Below are positions 1 to 12,530 of a stretch of 53,841 bases of DNA, in pieces. The stretch comes from Nemertoderma westbladi (Eukaryota; Animalia; Xenacoelomorpha). The DNA is taken from the NCBI GenBank assembly GCA_032718475.1, contig JAUCBJ010007724.1, forward strand, positions 1 through 53,841, in the 5' to 3' direction. The notes under the pieces were generated by a model that saw only the letters and a list, made by a program, of their open reading frames with translations, did no database searches and was not told where the DNA came from. The position numbers and the translations under genes were made by a program. Position 1 is the stretch's first letter; each line of letters opens with the position of its first letter.

Positions 1-519
1 AAAATAATACGAACTGTAGGAATACACTACATTTTTTTGGTGATTTTGGTCATTTTGGCCGCCAAAACGACCAAGTTAATGTTTATTGGGATTGGGACTG
101 TAGACGGTGTAGCTATGGGCTCCCCTATAGCCATGGCCATCGCTAATGCATTTTTAGCTCACCATGAACCAAATTGGATTAATGAATGCCCCCCCTCCTT
201 TAAACCGAAACTCTACAGGCGCTATGTTGATGACACTTTCCTTATTTTTGATAACAAACTCCAGTCAGACCAGTTTCTTGCTTACAGTACTTAAACTCTA
301 GACACAAATATATTAATTTTACTTGCGAACATGAACACAATTATTATCTTATTTATTAGAGACAGACACCCGACGTTGAATACACAAACTAGCTCCATTC
401 CTCTTGAATTATTTTAGGACACCCACCCAAACCCCCCCCCCCCCCCCCTCCCTCCTCCCCCTATCCCTTATTTACGACTTTACACATATACAGTATAGAC
501 CAATTTAGATAGGGTCTGA

Positions 520-1665
520 GGGTAAATCTTTTCGACCTACGCGTAGTTGTCAACATTGGGTCATATATCACCAGTTTCAGAGTTTTAACAATAACTACGC
601 GTAGGTGCTACGCGTAGCTACGCGTAGGTGCTACGCGTAGCTACGCGTAGGTCCTACGCGACCTACGCATAGGTGCTACCCATAACTATGCCTATACGTC
701 CTTTATCATTAGTAGGCTTACGTATTCCAAGCGAGTCAGTACTAAAATAAGACACAATACGGTATGTTCAATAAACAACCCACAACCATCAAATGCTTTC
801 AACAGTAATTTATCCTATACCTGTATACTCTATATAGAGGAATACGCGAAGACTACATATTCTTCACTTCATGCGTTGCGGGCGGTAAAATGTGTTAATA
901 ATTAATGTTTAGAGTTCAAAAATAGTTTACAAAGGAAATAGGCCGATGGTTCTTATCGATTCTCTATGCTTTTTATTGCCTTTGTTCACGATAGGGCAAG
1001 GATATACTGTATTTAATATGTTAACCCCTTGACAAGGGAAGGGGGAGACTAAATTGTCTACCATGATTGGTTGCACTTGTTATTTGACCAAACAATTTGA
1101 TTATATGCAGTATTAATCAGCTTTCGCTTAACCTCTTCACCGGTAGACTGGTCGCTTTATTTACTACTGTTCAATATTTAAATAATCCAATGGAAACAAA
1201 GATACTTGAATCATGAGACGTGAATTTTAAGTTTACTTTTTATTCATCCTCTGTGTTTGTATGTGAAAGAGCCGAATATTATTTATTACCAGTGCTGTAT
1301 GTAGAGATATGAGTTTCCGATTCTGTTATTACATTTATCTGATAATCAGATACCTGACATATACCGATACTTGCCTAACAACTCAACCCTACCGGACCTG
1401 AAATGAAAAATCATTGTTATCAGGACTGCTACGCGTAGCACCTACGCGTAGCTACGCGTAGCACCTACGCGTAGTTTCAAAATACCTACGCGTAGTTCCA
1501 AAATAACTACGCGTAGTTTTAAAACACCTACGCGTAGTTGTTAAAAAGGCAGTAAGTCTGGCCCTACCGGTAAATGACAGGAATGGAAGTTACAAACTAC
1601 GCGTAGCTACGCGTAGCTACGCGTAGCTACGCGTAGGCCTACGCGTAGGTCGAAAAGATTTACCC
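520..1665. mobile_element. Non-autonomous DNA transposon (MITE) with about 27-bp TIRs and subterminal CTACGCGTAG arrays
   Basis: Left end GGGTAAATCTTTTCGACCTACGCGTAG (520) is the reverse complement of right end CTACGCGTAGGTCGAAAAGATTTACCC (ends 1665). Flanks are TGA/GGA, a possible degraded 3-bp TSD (PIF/Harbinger-like, inferred). Confidence 0.85.
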
Positions 1666-1816
1666 GGATATTTGCCGTTCTATTGTTTAAACCTATTTAC
1701 TATACTGCTCTCCCGTCTTAGGTAGGCCCTATTTCTGCACTATAGCACTACTGCATTCTATATTTGTTATTTGGCCATTTTTTTTACATTTCTGTTTACT
1801 TTATTTTGGCTTATTA

Positions 1817-1868
1817 TTGATTGCACTGAAGATGGTAGTTGTTTACTTCCGAAACGTTTGCAATTGAC
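1817..1868 (+). ncRNA. Minimal type I hammerhead ribozyme (PLE-type)
   Basis: Stem I TTGATTGCA/TGCAATTGA, core CTGAAGA, stem II GGTAGT/ACTTCC (one mismatch), then GAAAC-GTT with palindromic minimal stem III and a GUH cleavage triplet. Confidence 0.75.
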
Positions 1869-3059
1869 TTATAATATTATGAAAATAAAAACTTTATCGC
1901 TGTTCCTCATCTCAATACAACAGTAAATAACAACCCAAAGACCATACAGCCGAAAGCAGTTAGGGAGCACTACCCAGAATGGGGGTGGACGGACACCCCG
2001 AAAGGGGGTGGCTGTTTCTGACAAAATTTAAATTTTAGGCGTATTATCCACCCCGATTTTTATATATTGGGCTGGACTACAAAATATCAAAGAGCGACGA
2101 CTTTGGATTTGTCCACCCCGATTTCTAACTAGACTGGCCTACCATTACCATAGCAGAGTAGCAGGACATTAGCCACATAGGTAGTGGTTGACAGCAAAGT
2201 GATTCAGAGGACAGGTGCGTGAGTTGCAGTTTAGCGTTCAGTACCAAAGCAAGGTCCATGTCTGCTCTGAATGTGTAGGTGGTTGGGTAGCACTGCATTG
2301 CCCAAGGCCAACCAATACACCATAGGCCATAGCCTATGGTAATAAATTAGTTTGATGGGTGTGGGACATTGCATTATTAAATTTTTATCCACGAAAACGA
2401 AGTTGAAGAGGTGATGGATTCGATTTATCAATATAATTACTTTTATTTGACGGCTGGAAGTGTTAAGTGGGTTAGTAGTTGGATGTTTTATAATGGGAAC
2501 TGTTTTGGACGTTGAAGCTCAATAAGGGGCTTGCTAGTTCGAAGTTAGATATTGAGTAATTTCTTGGACATCGAAGCCGAAAAAGAGATCAATTTATTAT
2601 TGAATTTATCAATTTGATTTATTTAGTATAATAGTTGTGACATGGTAATTTTGAGCATATTTATTACATTTTTTAAATAGATGTTTCTTTTAATAGTGTA
2701 CAATAAATCAACAGTGCATACAGCACTTAAGGCCAACACCGTCACCAACCAACAAAATCTAAAAAGAATTTAGTAGATTAAGAGCCAGAGTTTGTTCATT
2801 CTTGTATCCTTCGAGACATTTATGATGTCGGCCGAGGAAGACCTTCAAGTAGACTAGGGGAGTGAGTGGAAGGCATCGCATTGGATTGCATCAAACATCC
2901 TGGCTGCCATATTATTATATGTATATGTATATATATTATATATAGCCTTATTATTATATAATAAGTACTTTAATATTGTTTATCAATTGAATTATAATGC
3001 CAGTAGTTTCTTGCACAATAATATTAATTTGTCTTTCGTTTTAGCTTGCTTTAATTGAA

Positions 3060-3630
3060 GAGTATATTGTTCTTTAATAATTCCTCAATTATCCTGCTAT
3101 TGTCCTGCTACCCCCCAACCGTAAATGTAAACCCTTCAGTTCGCTTATGGTGTCCACAAGTCCGTACATCTCATCCCACTTATTAATATCCCGTGGGATG
3201 CCATTAGGGAAAATAAGATTCAGGAGTTTATGAATTCCTTCGAGAACATAGTCCGCCCCTTCAGCGTTATTAGAAGGAGTTCTTTTAAACACAAGGTTGG
3301 CGTCTACGAATTCAAGGAAATCTTTTCGCAGGCGCATTCGTTCTGCGATATAATATCAAACTATTTGCTGATAGTGGATATGTCGCCGAGTATAGAATAA
3401 GGGGGCGAACTTCAACATCGCGCAGACAACTAATTCCATTCGCCCACACCGTATGCCTATGCGCATTATCACAATGGCTAGAACGTAGGTTACATTAAAT
3501 TCAAACAATGCAACAAAAGCCAGATGGGGCAATTGGTACGAAACTTATCAAGCTCATTGGAGACTGTGTCCTCGTCCAATGATTCGGTCACCTGCTCCAA
3601 AAACCGTTTCAATTGCTACCTCACAACACC
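3060..3630 (-). pseudogene. Degraded DUF6589-like (putative transposase-related) coding segment, copy 1
   Basis: FKRTPSNNAEGADYVLEGIH..PNGIPR..KWDEMYGLV, with upstream IGIRCGRMELVVCAMLKFAPLFYTRRHIHYQQIV. Clearly homologous to 14025-14720. The family name is inferred. Confidence 0.5.
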
Positions 3631-4367
3631 TAAAATATATAAATTTTATTAAATAATAATGACATGTTTAAGGGGGGGGGGGGGGGGGGGTCACTAATTG
3701 ACTACCGACAGACTGACATACAGACATAGTAGGTTGTATTGAAAGTGAAACCTGATATCGCTTTTATATTTTAACAGACAAACTGTAAGATACACAATCC
3801 CAAACAGACACTTTTCACAGACATCCACACAGTGAAAGATTAACAATATCAATTTAAAGGGAGTCCATGGGCCAGCCAGCATAGGGGATACTTTTTGGTA
3901 ACCACCCGGAACTTATATTTTTGGGAAGACCTAGCTTTTGGCCATTCATTTTGATATGATAACAAATCTGAATCGGTAGCTGACTTGGTGTTATCACCGG
4001 TTGTCATGGAAATGGTAAAACAACAAACATGCTGTAGTATTCTAATAACTCGATATAAATTCATCGCATCTTTTGAAAAATATAGCTACTGGTCTAACAA
4101 TTCTAAATGTGACATAAAATTCTGGAATATAATTATTGTTACCATAGGAACGCTGCTAAATAAAAACTGACATGTTTTAGAAAAATAGCTACTATTCTAG
4201 AACAATAACATTATTTTAAAAACAAATTACCACATTTTATTGAATATTAGTTTTGGAAAATTTTGGTATACTGAGAGCTAAATGTGTTTTGTTATAATGG
4301 TGATATAAGGTTCCAAAGATATATACCCATATTTGAAATATTTTTATTTTTCATTATTTTATTTTCC

Positions 4368-5140
4368 GATAACGCAATACAGCCATTGTTATCCTCGAAT
4401 AACGTAGTGCTCCCATTTTGGTCAATGCCTAAATCCCCCAATAAAGTTCTTAACCACAATAACACCCTGGTGGCGACACTAGCATCAATATACTCTGCCT
4501 CTGTTGTACTCTGAGCCACAAGTGTTTGTTTTTTACACGCCCATGAAATAAGCGAATCGTTCACAAAAAACAAATATCCAGAGATAGATTTTCTATCATA
4601 GTTTCTTCCCCAATCAGCATCTACATATCCAACTAATTGAACACGGTTGTTAGATTGATCAGCAACATATTCAATGCTGACATCCATCGTTCCTTTAATG
4701 TATCTGAATATTATCTTCACCGCTTTCCAGTGTTCCTCGCCTGGATTAGAACTGAATTGATTAACATTACTTAGTGCTGCAGCCAAGTCCGGTCTTGTAG
4801 CACAAACAGCATATGTCAGTCCTCCAATAGCCGCTTGATAACTCTTCTGATTAACTGACTCCCCTTCATTAAGTGACAAATTTGAATTGGCATCAAACGG
4901 TGTTGATACAGTATTACAGTCTTGCATTCCAAACTTATTTAAGAGATCTTCAAGATATGCTTGCTGATTTAATTTTAATTTTCGATTATCGCGATCTCTT
5001 TCTATCTTGATTCCCAAGCAGTAACGTACTTCACCTAAATCTTTTGTATTAAATCGCTCTGAAATTGCCAATTTTTCTTCCTTCAACATAACCATGGAAT
5101 TGGAGCAAAGAAGTAAGTCATCTACATATAACGCCATTAT
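4368..5140 (-). pseudogene. Ty1/copia pol fragment (RT C-terminal half + RNase H)
   Basis: LYVDDLL, KDLGEVRYCLGI, TRPDLAAA, GYVDADWG, VAQSTTEAEY and FEDNNGCI are canonical copia RT/RNase H motifs. Truncated at both ends. Confidence 0.95.
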
Positions 5141-5312
5141 TATTAATAAATTAGCTAATACATTAAATTACATACCTAATGAAACTTATTTAAATTTATT
5201 CACGGATAGTAGTTTGAGTAGAGAAAGGAACCGATATGTACTGTAGTTGGATATAGCAAATAATAATAATAATAGTATAAAATATAATATAAAAACTTGA
5301 AATATTTTTTAA

Positions 5313-6850
5313 CCCTTTGCAGCCGGAAGCTCTCAAAAAATCGTCTGCTACTGTCCTGATCTTTTTAAACTGAATTTAAAGTATATTTAAACAAACAAAA
5401 CCTTATCTGATGACCCAAAATTGCACAATCACCTATAGTAGATATCAGTACTTAGTTTAATGGACCATTATTATTTAATTAATTAACTAATTAGCTAATT
5501 AATTAATTAATTAACAAACTAATTAATTAGTTAATTAATTAACCAAATAATTAGTTAATATTTAGACAATTGTTCACATAATGGTAAACTAATTGTGGGG
5601 TGGAAATTCGCTGAAACACGATACACAAAGTCTAGGTTGACCAGGGCACACAGCACAGACGTATCGGGTTTTATTTGTAATGTTCTTACTCCAGCATACA
5701 CGACAACGCTTCTGGGGATGCAGTGATCTCCCAGATTGTTCTAGTTTAGTTAGTTTATGGGTAACTGTCGCCGGGTCTGGAATGGGTGGCAACGATGAAC
5801 GCTTGGCGTTATGATAGGCTTTTGTCGGCACCTTTGTGAGGTGATCAACTACGTTTAGTAGGTATTCGTCGAATCTCAAGTGTGTTGGTTTCTTATCAGC
5901 CCGAAACAGTATGAAACTGTTCAATACAAGACGCTGCAGATAGTGTATTCCGACTTTCACAAACCAAGTTTGAGTTTTACGCACTGCATTACAGGAAGAA
6001 ATCATTTGGTCTGTCACATCCATGCTGCCCATGTTTAGGTTGTAGTTCTCTATAACGGTGGGTTTCTTGTATTCAACAGTTTGAGAACCAGGCAGGAAAC
6101 GAGTCTTATCAACCAACCCTACATTGTCCACAGATGTAATAAAGTTTACAACTTTCTTATCGCAGTACTTTATGATAAGGATGGGCCCGTTACCATTTCC
6201 ATTCCGAGCAAACACAGAGTTTATGGGTTGTATGGGTTTATCCTTTACATTCACTGGTACGCCTCGATTGGGCCTTATAGTTCCCCGAAGTGAAGTTGTC
6301 CTACCATGTAGATAGTTTGTAAGCCGTAAACTATTGTACCAATTATCTGTACTGACGGTGTATCCCTTATCCAAGTATTGAGCTACTGAGTATTGAGTAT
6401 ATTTACTCAACATGGCCTCTACAACTTTCTCAGATTTACTCAAAGTATCCTCACCTTCTTCTTCATTACCTAGGACAGATTGGGCGCCAAAGTAAATAAA
6501 AGTTGACAACATGTAGCTGAAACTATCACAAAGCATATAGAGCTTTATTCCAAATCTGGCACGTTTTGTCCGTATAAACTGCCTGAAATGGAGTCTTCCT
6601 TTGTGTAACAGTAGTGAAACATCGAGTGAGAGTTCTTTTTTCGCCTCATAAACTTTGACGACCCTATGCATCTCCTCCATGAAATCATTCAACCTTGTTA
6701 TCTTCTCACCAGCATCATATTCCTCCAGGTTTGAAAATCTGAGGTAGCGGAGAATCTGACAGTAACGATCACGAGACACCAGCCAACTGAAATGCGGAGT
6801 TGCAATATTTGCTCTTGTAGCCCAGTAACTATGTATCGTTGTTGGCTTCC
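5313..6850 (-). mobile_element. piggyBac transposon, 5'-truncated (transposase ORF 5589-6779)
   Basis: Motifs MSRDRY, LSLDVSL, KRARFGIKLY, TDNWY and GSMDVTDQ give three Asp positions. The C-terminal Cys-rich domain reads RCRVC..YVCAVC..LCVSCF..H. TTAA (5309-5312) followed by CCCTTT marks the surviving terminus. Confidence 0.92.
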
Positions 6851-6869
6851 TTTAATTTAATTTAATTTA

Positions 6870-9800
6870 AATTCGATGGAAATAGGCCGGAAGAATACCT
6901 GCAATTTCGGCGCATGTATAGCAATGAAATATTGACAAAGAACATGACGCAGGCGGAGTGCCTAAAACATCTACAGGTGTATACAGGAGGCCCAGCATAC
7001 GACATCGTGAGGCAGTACCAGAGCATCGAGGGCGGCTTCACAACAGCATGGCGGGCACTAGACAGGGAGTATGGGCACCCGGCCAAGATCATCCGACAAA
7101 CCCTGAGAGGTATAACATCGGGTGGCCTACAGGATAACCCCGTTAGCATAAAGACATTTGCGAACAAAGTCGAGAAGGCGCTAATCGTGTTAAAGACGCT
7201 AGACGCGCCATATGAACTCAACGCATATAATAACATCACCACGATAGCGCAGGCACTGCCGATCTGGTTGCGCAACAAGTGGAGGAAAATCGCTTTCTCC
7301 ACTCGAGAGAGGAAGGGTGCGGAACTGGGCCTAGAAGAGATGTCGAGCTTCCTAAACTACGAAGCCAAATTAATCACAGACCCAGTCTATAGCGAGGATA
7401 GTCTGGGAAAGGGGCCAAAGACCGAATACAACAGGCCGAAACCAGAACACAACACGGCGAACGCATTGCCAAAGCTCAGACAATTGCTGCCATACGCAGC
7501 GACGCAGGGGACTGCTAGTCCACATGTAGCCGGGGGTAGGGCCATACCATGGAGCGGACAGGGGAAAAATAACAACACAAATAAATTAACCCCAACACGC
7601 CCCATAGGCCGAACCCAAACAATAAAAATAGTAGAGATCTAGGTACTAACACAAGTGCGATACGCAGTGCACTATACAAGGACGGCTATAACCCAAACAA
7701 CAAATGCCAACTACACACGAACGCACTTCATCAGACCATGAACTGCAGATATTGGCAAGCACTACCCAGAGAAGATCAGATAGAGAATACGCGAGGAGGA
7801 ACAAAGTCTGTCCTCGATGTGTGACAGGTGGACATAGAGCTAACCAATGCAAGGAAACACCAATTAAGTTCGGTCAAGGCAAAGGACAGACAATGGCAAC
7901 AAGCACCGTAGGGGCAAAGAAGAGAGGAACGGTACTACTCGGGGTAGTACCAGTGAGGGTGATCAGAGAAGGTGATCGATCAGTATCCATGCTGATGCTG
8001 GTTGACAGTGGAGCAGCCTTCACATTGGTCGAGAATTGGGTGGCCGAAGAGATAGGATTGCAGACGAGGCCAAGTAGAATGGCAGTAACAACCATTTCCA
8101 GCAAGGATGAGGTCCTGGAGATGAGGACTGGACAAGTGCAGGATAGCAGCGATAGCACCGGGATGCGACTATGGGGCGACCATCGACCCCATCCAGGTGA
8201 TAGAGTCGATAAATATCAATGCCAGACGACCAACCAACATAGAGGTTGAACAATATAGATTCCTGGACAGTATCGACTTCTCAATACCAGAAGTGGACGT
8301 TAGGAAGGTATCCATCATAGTAGGAATGGACTGCCCGACGGCCCATAAGAGAATGCAGACGGTCTTCGGCGAAGACAAACAGTATGACCCATTGGCAATT
8401 TTAACACCATTCTTGTGGACGATGAGCGGCCCAATTAGAACCAAGATTCCGTTTAGGATGTTGGAGACATCAGGGTGCATGTTCGCGGGAACCATGAGTG
8501 AGATGGAAGATGAAGGAGCGGAGGAGCAGCTCAGGAGACTGCTTAGGCAGGATTTTGAGGGTTTGAAAGAGACCGGGGTCGGAACCTCGGTGGAAGATAA
8601 ACAGGCCATACAACGCATAAAGGAGTCGATGAGATGCGACGAGGGGCAGTACACCATAGGGATGGTATGGAAACAACCAAAATTACCGCTACCTGACAAC
8701 AAAGGAATGGTACTCACGAGGCTTCGTAAGTTGAAGCAAACGCTAAAACGGAGCCCCAAAAAGAATGAGTACATTCATAGAACTATAAGAAAGTACGTCA
8801 AGAAAGGATGGGCCGTGGAGTTACCGGTTGACAAACTTAACATGGACAGGACCTATTACCTGCCACTTCACGTGGCTCTAGACCCGAAGAAAGGTAAACT
8901 GCGGATGGTAGTTGACGCATCGGCTAAGACCAACGGCAAATGCCTAAACGATTATCTGCTGGAAGGTCCCAATATCTATAATTCAGGGATTGAGGTCCTA
9001 CTCAGATTCAGAAACGGGAGGCACGCCTTCACCTGCGACATTGAAGGCATGTTCAACAAGTCCGTGTGACGGAGGAGGATAGTGACAGCCAGCGCTTCCT
9101 ATGGTACAACGGCGACGAGGAACCGTCGACAATACCGATGTACAAGATGGTGGCGCAGAATATGGGGGCCAAGTCGTCCTCATTTACGATGACTGTGGCT
9201 GTGAGGGACACAGTAGAGGGGAAAGAGGAGAGATATAGCGCCAAAGCCGTCGATATGATTCGACGCAGCTTCTATGTAGATGATGGGATGGAGTCTGGTA
9301 ACACAGTTAAAGAACTACTGGATACAGGGCGCGAGGTTCGCGACATCCTGAAGGGATCCGGGTTTAACCTGACCAAGTTCCAATCCAGCTCGGAAGAGTT
9401 TATGAGAGCCATAGAGGACAGGAGGCCAGAGTCGACCATGGATAATCCCACAACAGCCAAGGGACAGGACATGGCGAACAAGAGGGTAGAGTCCTAGCAG
9501 AAGGCGTTAGGGATTGTGTGGAACCGAGAGACAGACGAGTTCAAGTACCAGCTGAGCCAAGATGGCGCGGACATCCACACAAAGCGGGGCTATGTATCGT
9601 ACATAGCACGGATATACGATCCCCTAGGCCTAGCATCCCCACTATTAGTCACGGGGAAGCAAATACTTAAGAAAGTATATAAGCTAAAGGACGAGTGGGA
9701 TACAGAGGTCCCGGAAGAGATCAGCAAGCAGTGGAGTAAGTGGACAGAGAGTTTAAAACAAATGGGGACATACAGCATGCCACGTGTGTATTTCCCAGAT

Positions 9801-10530
9801 GGGGACATGACGAATCTGGATCTACACATGTTCTCCGAAGCGTCTTTGGAAGCATACGGAGCGGCACTCTACCTAGTACAATGAGAGGGGGCTCATAAGC
9901 CCAGACTTGCATTCAGCAAAGCAAAGTCGACGCCGCCAGATTCAGCATCGGTCCCGAAGTTGATATTGCATGGGGGCACCAACCGGACCCTCATGGAGAT
10001 AAGGAGGACCTTCTGGATCACGCAACTAAGAAAGAAGGTGAAAGCGGTAGTGGGGCAGTGCCAAACCTGCCGACGGACGAGGAAGGAGCGGGCCGTACAG
10101 GAGATGGCGCCATTACCAGCCAGCAGGGTGAGACAGCACGACCCGCCATTCACGCACTGCGGTGTAAATATGTTCGGACTGATAAAGATTAGGGTGATGC
10201 GGCACACGGAGAAGCGCTATGGCATTATTTTCATATGTAACAACACGCGGGCAGTAGGAATAGAACTTGCCCAAGACGCAACCACATTGGCATTCATTGT
10301 GATTTGGTGATCGTCACGCACGACACCATTATTACCAATCAATGGAAATTGGCAAGAGTAGTGGACACTTACTCCGACGAGGACGGAAGAGTCCAATCGG
10401 TAGAAGTGCGGATAGGTGGCAAGATAGGAGCGAAAGATAGGAAGACCTACAGGAGGGCTTCAGAAGTGCTGCCTACTAGAGGGCGCACCTTAGTGTTTAG
10501 TCGTCTAAGTGTTGGACTAAGGGGGGTGGG
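6870..10530 (+). mobile_element. BEL/Pao LTR retrotransposon gag-pol, decayed by frameshifts, stops and internal deletions
   Basis: Gag (DUF1759-like) 6914-7642; zinc knuckle CPRCVTGGHRANQC; protease LVDSGA; RT YYLPLH, KLRMVVDASA, LLEGPN, DIEGMF and FYVDD; Pao RNase H region TKRGYVSYIARIYDPLG and LHMFSEAS; integrase HGG..CQTC..MAPLP; DUF5641-like WKLARVV..DGRVQSVEV; PPT-like AAGGGGGGTGGGA near 10519-10531. Confidence 0.95.
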
Positions 10531-10659
10531 ATTGAGGGCGAGATGCCCTTCCCACACAAAATATAAAAATATAAAAAATAAAATAATAGAGAAAGAGAGA
10601 AAGAGAAAGGAAAGTAATAGTATACAGTAGGTACGTAGTAAGTAAGTAGGCAGATAGAA

Positions 10660-11150
10660 GTTAGTCAGAGTTAGTTAGTAGTAAAAGGGTACGTAGTACC
10701 ATTGGTTAGTAGAGTTAGTTAGTAGTAAGAGGGTACATAGTACCACTAGTCAGAGTGGAGTTAGTTAGTGAGAGGGTACGTAGTACCGGTAGTAAGAGTT
10801 AGTGGAGTTAGTTAGTAAGAGGGTACGTAGTACCGGTAGTAAGAGTTAGTGGAGTTAGTTAGTAAGAGGATACGTAGTACCGGTAGTAAGAGCCAGTGGA
10901 GTTAGTTAGTAAGAGGGTACATAGTACCGGTAGTAAGAGTTAGTGGAGTTAGTTAGTAAGAGGGTACGTAGTACCGTTAGTAGAAGAGTTAGTAAGAGGG
11001 TACGTGTAGTACCGTTAGTAGAGAAGTTAGTAAGAGCGTACGTGTAGTAACCGTTAGTATTAAGAGTTAGTTGTAGGAGGATATTTAATATATAGTGAGA
11101 GTTAGTAAGAGTTAGTAGAAATTAGTTAGAAAGTTAGTAGAGTTAGTAGT
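10660..11150 (+). repeat. Tandem array with about 47-bp unit, decaying into AGTT/AGTA-rich sequence
   Basis: Unit AGTAAGAGGGTACGTAGTACCGGTAGTAAGAGTTAGTGGAGTTAGTT recurs at a 47-bp period (e.g. 10814, 10861). Confidence 0.9.
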
Positions 11151-11445
11151 GAGTAGCGAGAGGGGGGCATGTGGGTACAGCTGGACAGATCGTGTAGCTA
11201 CTGTACTGCACAGCCCATAGAGTAGGCCAGAATATGGATTAAAATAAAATAACCCATTAGTAAATACTGATAGCACAGTTGTAGAATTAAAATAAATATT
11301 AAAATCAAAAATTAGATAAATTATGGTAACAGTAGGGAAAATATTCTAGAATACAATTAAAGTAACGGACAAAATTATGGAATTTCGTAAATTTAGCACT
11401 TTTAGGAAATAAAGGTTGGAAAACTAGGCAATAACCTAACATTCA

Positions 11446-12530
11446 GTGAGAGATAGGCTATTATCGGACTGTACAGACCATCCTAACTACATCACTCACT
11501 TGTATTGTGCATTAGCAAGGCCCCACCTTATAGGTGAGCGATCGGGAGAGTTCGAAATGGTGGAGAAACTTGTTCGAAAGAGAAAGGTGGAGTTGGGAGG
11601 AAAGGAGATACTGGTGGATTTCACTGAAAGGCATCCGGAAGAGAAGACGAGGGGATACTACGAGCGGTTAGAGAGGGGTCACAAAGCGCAAGCGCTGCAG
11701 GACCATTTCAGGGAGGTGCACGAACAGCGGCTGGTTGGGACCTACAGGACACCATCGCTAGACAACGCGATCTTCGAGCATTTCCACTACGTGGTAAAGG
11801 GAGACGAGGCGAAGTTCGGGATACCGAAGTATCCAAAGGAGCCACCAAGAAAGGACTGGAAGAGGTTCATAGAGTCCGTCAGTAGGGGAGGGTACATGGT
11901 CCTAGACAATGAGGGGACCGTGGAAGACGAGGAAGGTTCGAGAAGAGGGTCGGCGGGGTCGGCCAGAACCATACTCCTGCATTTGGCCACGCCAAATGGG
12001 GATATATTCCTGTTCGACCTGGGAACGTATGGGAAGAAGAACAGGCCGGAGTTGAACCAGTTGCCGAAGGCGGTACAGAGCCTAGTAAGGGAGAAGTCGA
12101 CGATAAAGGTGGGATCGGCGATCCGCGACGATGCGGAGAGGATCATCAGTCCGGAGACCCCCAACCTCCTGGACATGCAGACGGTCTACATGGATATGAC
12201 AGCGCCAGACGGGTTGGGACTAGTAGAGAACGCGGGCCATTGCGGAGCGGTGGCGATGGGCCAGCTGATGGGGCTCGTATGCCACAAGCCAATGGACTGG
12301 AGTAAATTCAGAGAGGAGTACGTAGCGGAGTTGGCAAATATATCCTGCAGGAGGACTGGATAATGATAGGTTTGCTAAACCTATTCATGACCGTGGTTAT
12401 CGAGAGAGAACCAACGGCATTCCTGCTATCGGGATCACCCCTGAACTACAGAAGAGCCTTCAAAGTGGCTTTCGAGGGTCTGGTAGACCACCCGGGGCTG
12501 AAGGGCAATTCTTTTTCGGAACGAGTAAAG
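11446..12530 (+). pseudogene. WRN/DEDD-like 3'-5' exonuclease domain ORF, disrupted near 12363 and 3'-truncated
   Basis: ExoI-like MVLDNEGT, LLHLAT..IFLFDL, LPKAVQSLV and ExoII-like IKVGSAIRDDAERI..LLDMQ. These follow the WRN-exonuclease pattern LP..L..L....I.KVG.GI..D. Homologous to 39009-39848. Confidence 0.7.

Larger units (their letters stand above)
95..1915 (+). mobile_element. Penelope-like element (PLE) remnant, internally deleted and interrupted by a MITE
   Basis: RT motifs GVAMGSP..ANAFL and YRRYVDDTF in ORF 37-294. A frameshifted continuation reads LNSRHKYINFTCEHEH, then joins directly to a GIY-YIG-type C-terminus LFIRDRHPTLNTQTSSIPLELF* (stop 415-417). A hammerhead motif lies in the downstream region. 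Boundaries approximate. Confidence 0.8.

Noticed and set aside
6862-10207. Many minus-strand ORFs over the BEL element
   Set aside because: Antisense shadows of gag-pol with no motifs of their own.
10660-11150. CRISPR-like appearance of the 47-bp array with an internal palindrome
   Set aside because: Inter-repeat segments are themselves repeated, there are no cas genes, and the context is eukaryotic.
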